A DNA stretch of 64,000 bases from Candidatus Undinarchaeales archaeon (GCA_030753015.1 JASMDC010000017.1:8662-72661); one strand, 5' to 3'; positions 46,351 to 56,565 are shown, counted from the stretch's first letter. The notes: generated by a model from the sequence alone, not told the origin. Numbers and translations are program-made.

Positions 46351-46758
46351 TTACTTGCGCTCCTCCACGATATTTCTGGCGATTCGCTCAACATCGGCCG
46401 AGGTGAGGATGTTGGCGGGGTTGACGAGGTCGATGAAGCTCTCGAGCTCAAGAAGTTTCCCGCGAGGGGCGAACTTCTGCATCTCGACGCGCATGAGCTT
46501 GAGCTCCTTGATGATGCGACCGATCTGGTCGCGCAATTCTTCAGTGGCGATTGTGACGTTCTTGAGGTGACTGGCCGTCTTTTTGGACTCTTCCATGTAG
46601 TTGTTGTTGAGCATCTCAAGGTCGCCGGAAACCTTCTTGATCCGGTCCTCGAGCATACGGATGCGGCGGCTGTTGGAGATAGCTGTCTTGGACGCCTCGT
46701 TGATGGCGTTCATCAGCTGGGGGTCGGCTCCGCCCCCCATGAACCGGCCCATGTCTAA
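46351..46758 (-). CDS. Small coiled-coil protein, co-transcribed with the MGPPG gene
   Basis: SRRIRMLEDRI...LLELESFIDLVNP..ILTSADVERI; 2-nt gap to next gene; start uncertain by a few codons. Confidence 0.75.
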   Translation of the reverse strand, partial: LDMGRFMGGGADPQLMNAINEASKTAISNSRRIRMLEDRIKKVSGDLEMLNNNYMEESKKTASHLKNVTIATEELRDQIGRIIKELKLMRVEMQKFAPRGKLLELESFIDLVNPANILTSADVERIARNIVEERK

Positions 46759-46903
46759 TGGCACTGTGGCTATACCTCCTGCTACTCTTTTACTTTACAT
46801 TACTAATAAAGGTTAGCAGTTTCGATTCCTGGTGCCCGTTCCCGGTGCTTGTAGCCATCCTTTATAATACAGGAAGAACACTACTTCTACTAGAGGAGAG
46901 ACC

Positions 46904-49207
46904 ATGGTTCGTCCGGCGGTGGCCTGCTGCGAGTTCGAGCTCGTGGGCGAGGAGAGCGGTGAGGACACGATCCGCGTGAACTGTGTGGGGTGTCCCTACG
47001 GTTCATCCCTCGAGGACAGCGAGGTCTGCATGCTCAGGACCATGAACAAGCTCTCCCAGGTGCGGACCGCGAGCCGGGTGATCCTGGCCGAGCGTCGGCT
47101 CTATGAGTACGGTCAGAACCAGACCGCCATGCTCAAGGAGATCATTCGTGTTATCGAGCAGATCCGCGCCACGCCCCAGCTCTTCAGCCCGGCGATGATG
47201 GGCACCAACAACATCCGCTGCACTCGGTGCTTCCCGGCGCGCTTCCGCTACATGCAGACCATGGTCACCGACACCCTACGCCGGGACCCGGTCTCCGCCT
47301 ACGTGGACATGCGCAGGACCATCCGACACGAGGAGATGTACGTCAAGAAGGAGGTGGGCGAGTGCCAGGCATGCACGGCCTACTACGTCTCTCGGGTGCT
47401 CAAGGTGGTACTCAACCTGTTTGAGGGCCTTCACCTCATCCGGGGATTGAAGCCCTATCTCGAGGGCCACCGCGAGGGCGACCGGAGCATCTATCAGAAG
47501 GTGCTCAAGCCGGCCATCCGCCCCAACTTCATGCTCACGCGCATGATGGCGGACTTCCCTCAGGATGCAGAGGAGGTGGATAGTTACAAGGTACCGGGCG
47601 ACATCAAGGTCACCATCCTGAAGGTCCCCGGCGCGGTCCGCTTTATTTATCATACAATGCCTCCCGAGCTCAGGCTCTCCGAGGACGAGTTCAGTGTCCT
47701 CGATATGGCCCGGCAGGTATTGGCCGCCCACAATCCCGAGAGCGCCGAGCTGCTGGACCCGGAGCGCATGCGCACCACCTTCCTCGACATATCCAAGGAC
47801 CTCATCAGCGAGTTCGCGCTGCGCGAGCAGATCCAGTTCGACAGGGATCGGTTGGACGTGCTCTCCGAGGTGCTCACCCGCGAGACAACCGGGTACGGTA
47901 TCCTAGAGGTCATGCTCGCCGACGAACGGGCACAGGACCTGTCGGTGAACGCGCCGCCCGGGGAGCTGCCGGTGTTCATCTTTCACGCTGACTTCGAGGA
48001 CATGGAGTCCAACATCATCCCCACACGCGAGGAGGTGGAGAGCTGGGCCGCCCGCATGCGTCTATCGTCCGGCCGCCCCCTGGACCAGGCCAATCCCATT
48101 CTCGACACGTCCATCGAGCTGCCCTTCGCCCGCGCACGTGTGTGCGCAGTCACCCGCTCGTTGTCAGCCTATGGGCTGGCCTTCTCCATTCGGCGTCACC
48201 GGGACAATCCCTGGACCCATCCCCTGTTCATGAAGGTGAAGATGATCAACGCCCTCGGGTGTGGGCTGATGTCCTTCTTCATCGACGGCGCCCGCACCAT
48301 GCTCATATGCGGTACCCGCGGCTCGGGGAAGTCGGCGTTCCTCGGCTCGAACCTAATTGAGATCATGCGGCGTTATCGCATCATCACCATTGAGGACACC
48401 CTGGAGCTGCCTACGGTGTTCATGCGCAAGTTGGGGTTCAACATCCTCTCCATGAAGGTGGGCTCGGCGGTGGGCGGGGCATCCAGCTCCGAGCTGACGC
48501 CCGCTGACGGCATCCGGTCGTCCCTGCGTCTTGGCGACTCGGCCCTCATCCTGGGCGAGGTGCGCTCACTTGAGACGCTCGCACTTTACGAGGCCATGCG
48601 GGTCGGCGCGGCGGCCAACGTGGTGGCGGGGACCATCCACGGCGACAGCCCCTTCGGTGTGTTCGACCGTGTGGTCAACGACCTGGGGGTTCCCAAGACA
48701 TCTTTCAAGGCGACCGACATAATCGTGTTCGTACGCCCCATCCGCTCAGCGGACGGGCTGCACAAGCTTCGGCGCGTCACCGAGATCGTGGAGGTTGGCA
48801 AGGAATGGGTGGACGATCCCGAGCGGGAGAACGCCTTTCATACCCTCATGGAGTACGACACCAAGAAGGATGAGATGATTCCCACCTCCACCCTCATCGA
48901 CGGCGAGTCGGAGGCCATCTCGGCCATATCCGGAACGGTCAAGGAGTGGGTGGGCAACTTCGATGCCGTATGGGCTAACATCGAGATGCGCGCCGAGTAC
49001 AAGCGACGTATTCTCGACTACGTGACCAGGGCGAAGCTGCCACAGCTTCTCGAGGCGCCTTTCGTGGTGAGATGCAACGACATGTTCCACATCCTAGTGG
49101 GCGAGGTGACCGACGAGCTGGGGAGCGCTGTCCCGGACGAGGTGCTCGGACGCTGGACCCTGTGGCTCCGCAAGGCGATCAAGGAGGAGCGGACCCGAAA
49201 GAAGTGA
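46904..49207 (+). CDS. Type IV pilus/T2SS assembly ATPase (VirB11/CpaF/ArlI family) with Cys-rich N-terminus
   Basis: GTRGSGKS, ITIEDTLEL, LRLGDSALILGEVR, GTIHG; GAGGAG RBS; CxxC pairs in N-terminal domain. Confidence 0.93.
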   Translation: MVRPAVACCEFELVGEESGEDTIRVNCVGCPYGSSLEDSEVCMLRTMNKLSQVRTASRVILAERRLYEYGQNQTAMLKEIIRVIEQIRATPQLFSPAMMGTNNIRCTRCFPARFRYMQTMVTDTLRRDPVSAYVDMRRTIRHEEMYVKKEVGECQACTAYYVSRVLKVVLNLFEGLHLIRGLKPYLEGHREGDRSIYQKVLKPAIRPNFMLTRMMADFPQDAEEVDSYKVPGDIKVTILKVPGAVRFIYHTMPPELRLSEDEFSVLDMARQVLAAHNPESAELLDPERMRTTFLDISKDLISEFALREQIQFDRDRLDVLSEVLTRETTGYGILEVMLADERAQDLSVNAPPGELPVFIFHADFEDMESNIIPTREEVESWAARMRLSSGRPLDQANPILDTSIELPFARARVCAVTRSLSAYGLAFSIRRHRDNPWTHPLFMKVKMINALGCGLMSFFIDGARTMLICGTRGSGKSAFLGSNLIEIMRRYRIITIEDTLELPTVFMRKLGFNILSMKVGSAVGGASSSELTPADGIRSSLRLGDSALILGEVRSLETLALYEAMRVGAAANVVAGTIHGDSPFGVFDRVVNDLGVPKTSFKATDIIVFVRPIRSADGLHKLRRVTEIVEVGKEWVDDPERENAFHTLMEYDTKKDEMIPTSTLIDGESEAISAISGTVKEWVGNFDAVWANIEMRAEYKRRILDYVTRAKLPQLLEAPFVVRCNDMFHILVGEVTDELGSAVPDEVLGRWTLWLRKAIKEERTRKK

Positions 49208-49211
49208 TGCC

Positions 49212-51392
49212 ATGGCGGACCCACCGAAGCCTGAAGGAAGGACCATCGGGGCGGGTTCGTACTCCATCAACATGAACGAGCTCGATCAGGTCTACAACAA
49301 GTACAAGCAAGGTCCCCAGGTCCCTTTGGGCTGGGGCGCTGGTCAGCAGCAGAACACGGGGTTCGAGCGGTCTCGCTCCTTCCAGATCTTCAAGGAGGAG
49401 GAGTCCGTGCACATGGACAATCCCATCGAGAACGCCTACCGGATGGCCGGGCAGTACATCCCCATCGAGGCGCCGCCCGAGATCGCTACCTTCCTCAACA
49501 ACAGCCTGAAGATGTCCGGATTGCGGATCACGGCCAACGACGTCATGGCCCTGGCCATCGGGATCCTTATGGTAACGTTCGTCATCGGGTTCGCCATCAT
49601 CGCCGTGCCCTTCATGTGCAAGGACACGGGCATAGGCACGAAGTGCTACTCTTTGGGCGACCAGTCGGGGCTTGCAGGCATCACCGCGATCATGGCCCCC
49701 ATCGTTTTTGCTATAGCCATCATCCTCTACCCCATGTTCCGCACCACGGTGGCCAAGGTGCATATCGCAGGTACAGCGCCGCTGGCCGTGCTGTATATAG
49801 TCATCTACCTGCGCTCCTCGCCGAGCCTCGAGTCGGCGGTGGCGTTCTCCGCAAAGAACGTGACCGGTCCGCTGGGCGACGAGCTCAAGCATCTCCAGTG
49901 GGGGGTGGCGACGCGCGAGTTCCCTGACACCCAGCAGGCCCTGGTGCAGTTCAGCGAGAAGGTGCAGGACTGGGCGCCGGGCATCTCCGATGCCTTCTAT
50001 CTCATAGCCGGTTCGACCCAGCAGCCTACGCCTGAGAAGCGGGTAGAGATGCTCGATAAAGCGGTCAATGGCGCCCTCACGTCCACCCGCCACACCATGC
50101 AGCAGTTCGGTCGCTCGCTCCAGATGCCCGCCATCGTGGTGAACGCCCTGGGTATCCTGCTACCGGTCATGGGGCTCGTGATGGCCCCCATCGTCACGAT
50201 CATGCTCTCTGACGGCGGAGGTGTGGATATAACCCTCGCTGTGCTCTATAATGTCATCCTACCGGCGATCATCCTGATGATCATCTACGTCCTGGGGAGC
50301 CGTCGTCCGGGCTCGTTCTCCAGTGTCGACGTGTCAAAGCATCCCGACGCCCCCAAGCCGGGCTGCTACAGGCTCTCGATGGGTAGCTCGACCTATGACA
50401 TCCCACTGCTCCCCATCTCACTGCTGATATTTGTCCTGGGCGCGGCCTACAGCGGTGCCTTCCTTATCAACGAGTACGTGCTCGGATCCGGCGCTGACGC
50501 GACCGCGCTCCAGGATGCGACCCGGGCCTTCCAGACCATGCCCATCATCGTATGCTCAGGTTTGGCCATCGGTATCTACGGGATCGGCATGTCCTCGCAG
50601 CGCATGTCCATCCGCAACCACATCAAGGACACTGAGAAGGAGTTCTCCTCGGCCCTATACCAACTTGGGAACATCATGAACCAGGGCCAACCCTTCGAGA
50701 TCGCCGTCACTCGTGCGGGGGAGATCATGTCCACGTCGGTCATGCGGCCGTTCCTGTTGTCCATCGCCCGCAACATCCAGCAGCTGGGCATGCCCTTGCA
50801 CCAGGCCGTGTACGATCCTGAGTACGGCGCCCTGCGATACTGCCCTTCAGACCTGGTGGCCAACGTGCTGGAGATCGTCTTGGATTCCACCAAGCGGGGA
50901 GTGCGCATTGCGGCCACGACCACCATGAACATCGCCACCTACCTGGACAACATCGAGGAGGTGTCCACCGAGATCGAGGGCCTGCTCTCCGAGTCCATGT
51001 CCAGCATGAAGTTCCAGGCCTACCTCCTCGCCCCCGTGGTGTGCGGAATCATCGTCGGGCTCTCGCAGATGATCACGGGTATCCTTGCAGGTGTTGGGCA
51101 GAAGGTGGACGAAGGCGGCCTGGGAGGTCAGATGTCGGGCGGCGGGATGGGTGGTGCCTTCAGCGCCGAGAACGCAGTGCCCCCCGACCGGCTTCAGCTC
51201 ATCGTCGGCATCTACATCGTCCAGCTACTGTCCATCCTCGGCTACTTCTGTGCCCTCCTAGAGAGCGGGCCCAATGACACGGTGGCCATGTACCAGAGCA
51301 TAGGGCAGACGGTGCTCATAGGTACTATTGTGTACAGCTCCGTCTGCATCGTCACCACACTGGTGTTCGCCGGGATGGCCACGTTCGTTTAG
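49212..51392 (+). CDS. Type IV pilus platform membrane protein (T2SS F/TadBC/ArlJ-like)
   Basis: Follows the ATPase; multi-TM with two T2SSF-like cytoplasmic domains (LESAV...GPLGDEL; EFSSALYQLG...G.PFE.A). Confidence 0.85.
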   Translation: MADPPKPEGRTIGAGSYSINMNELDQVYNKYKQGPQVPLGWGAGQQQNTGFERSRSFQIFKEEESVHMDNPIENAYRMAGQYIPIEAPPEIATFLNNSLKMSGLRITANDVMALAIGILMVTFVIGFAIIAVPFMCKDTGIGTKCYSLGDQSGLAGITAIMAPIVFAIAIILYPMFRTTVAKVHIAGTAPLAVLYIVIYLRSSPSLESAVAFSAKNVTGPLGDELKHLQWGVATREFPDTQQALVQFSEKVQDWAPGISDAFYLIAGSTQQPTPEKRVEMLDKAVNGALTSTRHTMQQFGRSLQMPAIVVNALGILLPVMGLVMAPIVTIMLSDGGGVDITLAVLYNVILPAIILMIIYVLGSRRPGSFSSVDVSKHPDAPKPGCYRLSMGSSTYDIPLLPISLLIFVLGAAYSGAFLINEYVLGSGADATALQDATRAFQTMPIIVCSGLAIGIYGIGMSSQRMSIRNHIKDTEKEFSSALYQLGNIMNQGQPFEIAVTRAGEIMSTSVMRPFLLSIARNIQQLGMPLHQAVYDPEYGALRYCPSDLVANVLEIVLDSTKRGVRIAATTTMNIATYLDNIEEVSTEIEGLLSESMSSMKFQAYLLAPVVCGIIVGLSQMITGILAGVGQKVDEGGLGGQMSGGGMGGAFSAENAVPPDRLQLIVGIYIVQLLSILGYFCALLESGPNDTVAMYQSIGQTVLIGTIVYSSVCIVTTLVFAGMATFV

Positions 51393-51444
51393 GGCGGCCT
51401 CGGCGCAGGATTTATATATTGCACGCGCCTCCTCTTCTATCGAG

Positions 51445-54192
51445 ATGGTGGACTATCGGGGGAGGCTCGCGGCATTGCTCCTTGCCCTCATACTCCTGCT
51501 CGTACCGAGCCTGGGCGCTCAGGCGGAGCGCATCATCGAGGAGGTGGAAATGCGCCACCTGGACATGATGTCCATCCGGGCACGCTACGTCCTTCCCGCC
51601 GAGGCCATGGAGCGGCTCACCGCCACGGCCCTGGCTGATATCTGTCGCCGTCTACCGTTCGATGACTGCACCTATACGGTGGAGGAGGGTGCTCGTACCG
51701 TCATCTTCGAGGCGACTGGCGTCCCCGATATTGACCTCATTGACGCTACCAAGGTGGGCGCTGAGACTATACTCACCTTCCGTCACCGGTACATTCCCCT
51801 CCAATCGCGGTTGGGCTCCATCGGCGGGCAGGAGCAGCGGCTCACTATCCGCTATCCCACCCACGCCCTGGCTTATGAGGATGTACCGAGTCGGGAGATG
51901 GAGAACACATTCGTAATATCAGGAGTGGCTCGACCAGTGGAGTGGTTCGCCCGGGAGGACCGGGTCCCCGTGGGTGAACCCATCGAGGTCGACATGGGTG
52001 CGGGCGAGTTCTGCTTCGTAGGCCTCTATATCGAGGGCCGGATGGTCGGCCGTGCCATGGCGCTGGGATGCGGCCCGATCATGCTCCCCACCGACTCCGC
52101 ACTGGTGGGCAAGGATGCCGATGTCCGGCTCGTGAACTACGCAATGGGTGCCCTGCGGTACTCCGAGCTCCCGCCCGGTAGTCTTGGCGTGCTACCCCCG
52201 GAGTTCCCCATCAGGCTCCAGGTCACCCCGTACGAGGTCCCATCCGGAGCACCGTTCTACCTGCAGATCTTCACCGATGAACCCTTGACCGGGTGCCACA
52301 TCTCCCTGAACGACAGGGGCGGCCATACCCTCATGACAAGCGAGTTCGAGGAGTGCGAGAACATCCTCCTGGGCACGAGCACCGCGTGGCGCGCCGGTGA
52401 GCATTATATCAAGGTCAAGGCCTACGCGGGGGCCCGGACGGGTGAGGCCGCCACCAACTTCAACCTCGTGGACAAGGTAGGGTTCCGCAAGGGACCCGAG
52501 CTCAACCTTGAGCAGAACGTGTACACCGCCGGTGAGCAGGTGCGATTGTGGGGCGAGGACCTGGGCGGCTCGGCCTACTGCAGCGCACGCCTGGAGACAG
52601 CCGATGGCATCCTCGTGGAGGAGACCAACTCCCTGGGGTGCGAGAAACTCCATATGACCCTGGACGAGGAGCTGCCGGCGGGCAACTACGTGGTCCGCAC
52701 CGACCTCATCGAGCGTGGACGGCTCACGGGCCGAGCCAGCTTCCCGGTCCAGGTGCGCGCATGGAATCCTGAGCCAGGATCCCCTGTCGCCCGACTGTGC
52801 CCAGGCGGCGCCTTCCGTCTCCGCGAGGAGCGACTGCCTTGTCTCCGCTCCGGTAACGCCTGCACACCGACCTCCCTGGAAGTGCCCCTCTGCCTGTGCT
52901 TCGGTTCCGGCGGGAAGATCGCTGATGTGTGCCACTTCGGCGAGACCTGCGGTCGTGTCAAGTGCGAGGAGCGGGCCGTCAGTCCCTACATGATCGTGTA
53001 TCACGAGGGCCAGTGTCTGGCCCGCCGGGGGACCCATGCCCTTGCCTGCGCCCGCCAGGGCGAGATGTGCACCGAGGCGTGCGTGTGCCTCTCCGATGAC
53101 GGCAATCCCATCGCTCGCTGCGTGGGCGGGGAGCTGTGCACCGAGCGCGGGTGCGAGGAGCCGCGGCTGTTGTTACGCGTGGATTCCGTCGAACCGGACA
53201 TCGTGCGCGAGAACGAGGTGCGCGACGGCATCATGATCAAGGTAACAGGTGTCCTGAAGTACGACGGCAAGGTCATCAGGTCGGCGGACGTCCAGGTCAA
53301 AGCCTACCTGGCGGGGGAGGAGCACGTCGGGATGATCGAGGATACCGTGGACGGGGCGCGTGTGATAATCACCGTGCCAGTGACGGGCGAGATGCTACCG
53401 GGAGAGTATCAGCTCACTCTGCAGTTCAGCCGCGGGGACGACCGTGTGATGGTCCAGAAGCCGTTCACCGTATGGTATGCCGACGATGTCCTCACCATCC
53501 AGCAGGTCCAGTTCCAGAAGAGCATCGCCCGGGAGGACCTGGCAGCCGGCAGCACGTCCAAGATGCGCGTCAAGCTCCTCGACCAGGGCGGTCGGGAGAT
53601 GCTCGGCGTGCCCGTGGATTCCATGGACCTGGACATCAACGACGTGACCATCAACTCACTGGCCGCCAAGTACGAGTCAGGTTCCTACATAGTCGTGGGG
53701 AGCCTCGAGGCCGACCTACCCGCAGGTCCCAGACACGTGAAGTTCGCCGTCAACCACCTGGGGCGCCAGGGCGAGCTCACCGGTACTCTGAACGTTCTTA
53801 ATGAGCCACCGCTGTCCATGTCCGTCCTCGACGTGGAGCCCGGGAAGAAAGAGAAGCCCATCCTGTTCATCCTCCTCTCCGGGCTCGGATTCGACCTGGA
53901 CCTGTACCTTAACATCGGTGGTGTCGAGCAGATCAACAAAGAGAACACGAAGGTGACGATCAACGGGCAGGACATCACCCGTCTCATGTCGTATGCCGTG
54001 AACACGAACAAAGGCGTCCGCATGCACATGACGTCGGTGAGCCTCTGCCCCGAGGTACCGCCCCAGGGCGCCAAGCTGCTGCTCGAGGTGACCCTCTCAC
54101 GGGACAGTGAGAGCGTGTCCGACCGGATCGTGCTCCACACCAGGGGCAATCCCGGTGACTGGTCCAACATGGGGGTGGCCGGCTGTGCATAG
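51445..54192 (+). CDS. Large secreted multi-Ig/Cys-rich protein (paralog of 15329-18199)
   Basis: Signal peptide MVDYRGRLAALLLALILLL; LEQNVYTAGEQV, LDEELPAGNY; TTTATATAT 25 nt upstream. Confidence 0.82.
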   Translation: MVDYRGRLAALLLALILLLVPSLGAQAERIIEEVEMRHLDMMSIRARYVLPAEAMERLTATALADICRRLPFDDCTYTVEEGARTVIFEATGVPDIDLIDATKVGAETILTFRHRYIPLQSRLGSIGGQEQRLTIRYPTHALAYEDVPSREMENTFVISGVARPVEWFAREDRVPVGEPIEVDMGAGEFCFVGLYIEGRMVGRAMALGCGPIMLPTDSALVGKDADVRLVNYAMGALRYSELPPGSLGVLPPEFPIRLQVTPYEVPSGAPFYLQIFTDEPLTGCHISLNDRGGHTLMTSEFEECENILLGTSTAWRAGEHYIKVKAYAGARTGEAATNFNLVDKVGFRKGPELNLEQNVYTAGEQVRLWGEDLGGSAYCSARLETADGILVEETNSLGCEKLHMTLDEELPAGNYVVRTDLIERGRLTGRASFPVQVRAWNPEPGSPVARLCPGGAFRLREERLPCLRSGNACTPTSLEVPLCLCFGSGGKIADVCHFGETCGRVKCEERAVSPYMIVYHEGQCLARRGTHALACARQGEMCTEACVCLSDDGNPIARCVGGELCTERGCEEPRLLLRVDSVEPDIVRENEVRDGIMIKVTGVLKYDGKVIRSADVQVKAYLAGEEHVGMIEDTVDGARVIITVPVTGEMLPGEYQLTLQFSRGDDRVMVQKPFTVWYADDVLTIQQVQFQKSIAREDLAAGSTSKMRVKLLDQGGREMLGVPVDSMDLDINDVTINSLAAKYESGSYIVVGSLEADLPAGPRHVKFAVNHLGRQGELTGTLNVLNEPPLSMSVLDVEPGKKEKPILFILLSGLGFDLDLYLNIGGVEQINKENTKVTINGQDITRLMSYAVNTNKGVRMHMTSVSLCPEVPPQGAKLLLEVTLSRDSESVSDRIVLHTRGNPGDWSNMGVAGCA

Positions 54193-56029
54193 ACGACGGG
54201 GCCAGATGGCGCTGATCGGCCTGGCCGCCGTAGCACTGGTCGTGCTCGTGGTGACCTACATCATGCTCTCAGGCCGCTCTGTCGAGCACAGGGCCGCTAT
54301 CAAGGAGGGAGAGTTGGAGGACCTTGTTTCCGAGTTCGATAACGAGCAGCGGTACATGGAGAAGGTGCTATCGGAGGCGATCAACGGCGCGATCTCCGAG
54401 ATGGTCTCCCATGGCGGGTACACTGAAGAGTCGCTTCCCAAGCTCAACCGTCATGGTGTCCCCTTCTTCTTTTACAAGGGGAACATTGTCAACATCCCGA
54501 CGCTCAACCTCATGAACCAGATGCTCGCCCAGGAGGTCGAGCGCCGGGTCAACAGCCAGCTCGACAGGCACCGGGAGGAGGTCAAGGGTCGTCGGGACCA
54601 GTACGAGATAGGTTACCCTTCCATAAAGGCCAACCTCTCGGAGGAGTTCGCTATCGCAGGCATGACGATCCCTGTCTCGGTGATGCGTGAAGGTGACAAG
54701 GTACGATCCACGATGAATTTCGAGAAGATTCTCCCCTCAAAGCTGGGTAACTTCCGCAAGCTCGCAGAGGCCTACATAGTTGAGTACGAGCAGATCCGCA
54801 TCGTGGAGGAAAGCCTCATCTCGGGTATGATCCAGGACGATCGGGTTTGGGAGCCGCCGGGCCGGATGATGCACTCCGTGTCCTGTGACGATCCCCCCCA
54901 CAAGACCTGGTACGATCTCTACAGCCCTATCCAGGAGAACGCCGAGGTAGCGGTTGCGCTGGAGCAGGTGCGACTGCGCGCAGTGTACGGGCGCTCGAAC
55001 CTCCAGTGGGGTCTGGGCTTCAACGTCGCCGACGTGGAGATGGCTATCGTCGCGAATATCGGTAACCTTGACTGGTCGGGACGGGACTGGTCAACGGACT
55101 CGTACCCCGATAAGGTCTTCCTGGTCCCCCAGAAGTTCCCGCCCATGAGCGCCTCGACCGATATCTGCTACTCGGTCTACACTTGTGCGTACGATATCAC
55201 CTTCCCAATCCTGGTCACTGCCATGGACCTCACACCGACCGGCCGGCTGGTGAGCAGCGAGGGTCAGGACGTTTCCCAGACGCCGGAATTCCGGTTCTAC
55301 ATCCAGCCCTATCTGGGCCATTACGATGACGGGCGGCCCAACAAGTTCGCTGTGGACGAGTCCGTGGGCGAGTTCCAGTTCCGGGACAACCAGTGCATGG
55401 GCTCATGCTCCATCGGGCTCAAGCTCGACGGTACCAAGGAGGGCCAGATCTGGCTCGACGACTGTAACTATAACTATCCCATGGGCCAGGTGTCCGACCT
55501 GGACTTCGTCAAGGACGGCATAGCTTGTGGTCTGCGCACTCTGGTCATAGAGAGCAACGATCCGGTGAAGGCCCGTGTCGTGGAACGCATCAACATCCAC
55601 GAGGGTTTCAAGGCCACCTATGTGATCCCCGACTTCGCCACGGTCGCCGGAACTGTGAAGGAGAACTACAGGGTTCACTGCACCGGCACGAGCCGTACCA
55701 AGGACGAGGTCCGGCCCCTGAAGGAGACCGGGGGCGGGCTCTTCGTCGACCTCGTACCGCTGGAGCCCAGGCTGGGCAGTGTTGTCACACAACCCGTGGA
55801 CGACGACGGCACCTACCGATTCGAGAACGTCAATCCCGGTAACTACATCATCATCGCCCGACCATTGGTCGATAAGAGCGGTAGCCCAGCGTACGCCCTT
55901 GAGCCAGAGGCGGTGGTCCAGAAGGTGAACGAGCTGGACAACGAGGGTATCGACGTTACCATGGAGCCGCTGAACATCGTCCGTGTGGGAACGGCCTGGC
56001 GCCGCGTGTCCGACGTCCAGGAGTGCTAG
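54185..56029 (+). CDS. Giant pilin-like protein with class III signal peptide (paralog of 18196-20256)
   Basis: GTG 54185 with GGGGTGG upstream: MHRRRGQ|MALIGLAAVALVVLVV; C-term VDDDGTYRFENVNPGNY. Confidence 0.78.
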   Translation: MHRRRGQMALIGLAAVALVVLVVTYIMLSGRSVEHRAAIKEGELEDLVSEFDNEQRYMEKVLSEAINGAISEMVSHGGYTEESLPKLNRHGVPFFFYKGNIVNIPTLNLMNQMLAQEVERRVNSQLDRHREEVKGRRDQYEIGYPSIKANLSEEFAIAGMTIPVSVMREGDKVRSTMNFEKILPSKLGNFRKLAEAYIVEYEQIRIVEESLISGMIQDDRVWEPPGRMMHSVSCDDPPHKTWYDLYSPIQENAEVAVALEQVRLRAVYGRSNLQWGLGFNVADVEMAIVANIGNLDWSGRDWSTDSYPDKVFLVPQKFPPMSASTDICYSVYTCAYDITFPILVTAMDLTPTGRLVSSEGQDVSQTPEFRFYIQPYLGHYDDGRPNKFAVDESVGEFQFRDNQCMGSCSIGLKLDGTKEGQIWLDDCNYNYPMGQVSDLDFVKDGIACGLRTLVIESNDPVKARVVERINIHEGFKATYVIPDFATVAGTVKENYRVHCTGTSRTKDEVRPLKETGGGLFVDLVPLEPRLGSVVTQPVDDDGTYRFENVNPGNYIIIARPLVDKSGSPAYALEPEAVVQKVNELDNEGIDVTMEPLNIVRVGTAWRRVSDVQEC

Positions 56030-56037
56030 ATTACACG

Positions 56038-56502
56038 TCAGGACTGATCGGGGCCACGACCCTCTTTTCGCCGTCCCCAGTCCGTCATGAGACGGCCGTG
56101 GAGGTGGTCGATCTCGTGCTGGAGCACAACGGCATCGAAGCCCTTGTAGGTGTCCTCGTGCTCCTCGCCGAACCGGTCCTGGTAGTTGACGGTGACCGAG
56201 TAGCGCCGGAGCTTGAACCCCATGCGGCCGGGGATGCTCAGGCAACCCTCGATGGACGGCTGGTACCCCCGGGATTCCACGACCTCGGGATTGATGTATT
56301 CACGAACCACGCCCCCGGTCTGGGCCAGCATCACTTTGCGGTCGTCGCCGACCTGGGGTGCTGCAATGCCCACGCCACCGTGGGCCGACATGATGTCGTG
56401 CATGGAGTAGAGCAGTTCGTTCAGCTGACCATAATCCTCCACTTCGCGGCATTCCTGCCGGAGGATGGGATTCGGTACGGTGGTCAGCTCATAGCCGTAC
56501 AC
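56038..56502 (-). CDS. def: Peptide deformylase
   Basis: All three PDF motifs: GVGIAAPQ, EGCLS, QHEIDHL. Confidence 0.93.
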   Translation of the reverse strand: MYGYELTTVPNPILRQECREVEDYGQLNELLYSMHDIMSAHGGVGIAAPQVGDDRKVMLAQTGGVVREYINPEVVESRGYQPSIEGCLSIPGRMGFKLRRYSVTVNYQDRFGEEHEDTYKGFDAVVLQHEIDHLHGRLMTDWGRRKEGRGPDQS

Positions 56503-56565
56503 GACAAGGAGCGCTGGCCAAGGTGAATAAATAGGTTTCCTTTAAGCACCGATCCTGCTGACCGC

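Noticed and set aside
45101-46570. 489-aa HSWW-repeat ORF and other plus-strand ORFs over the repeat
   Set aside because: Antisense shadows of the MGPPG gene; DNA variation is synonymous only in the minus-strand frame
46904-51392. Archaellum or conjugative T4SS
   Set aside because: No archaellins, ArlF/G/H cluster, VirB4/VirD4 or relaxase adjacent; best read as a type IV pilus-like system
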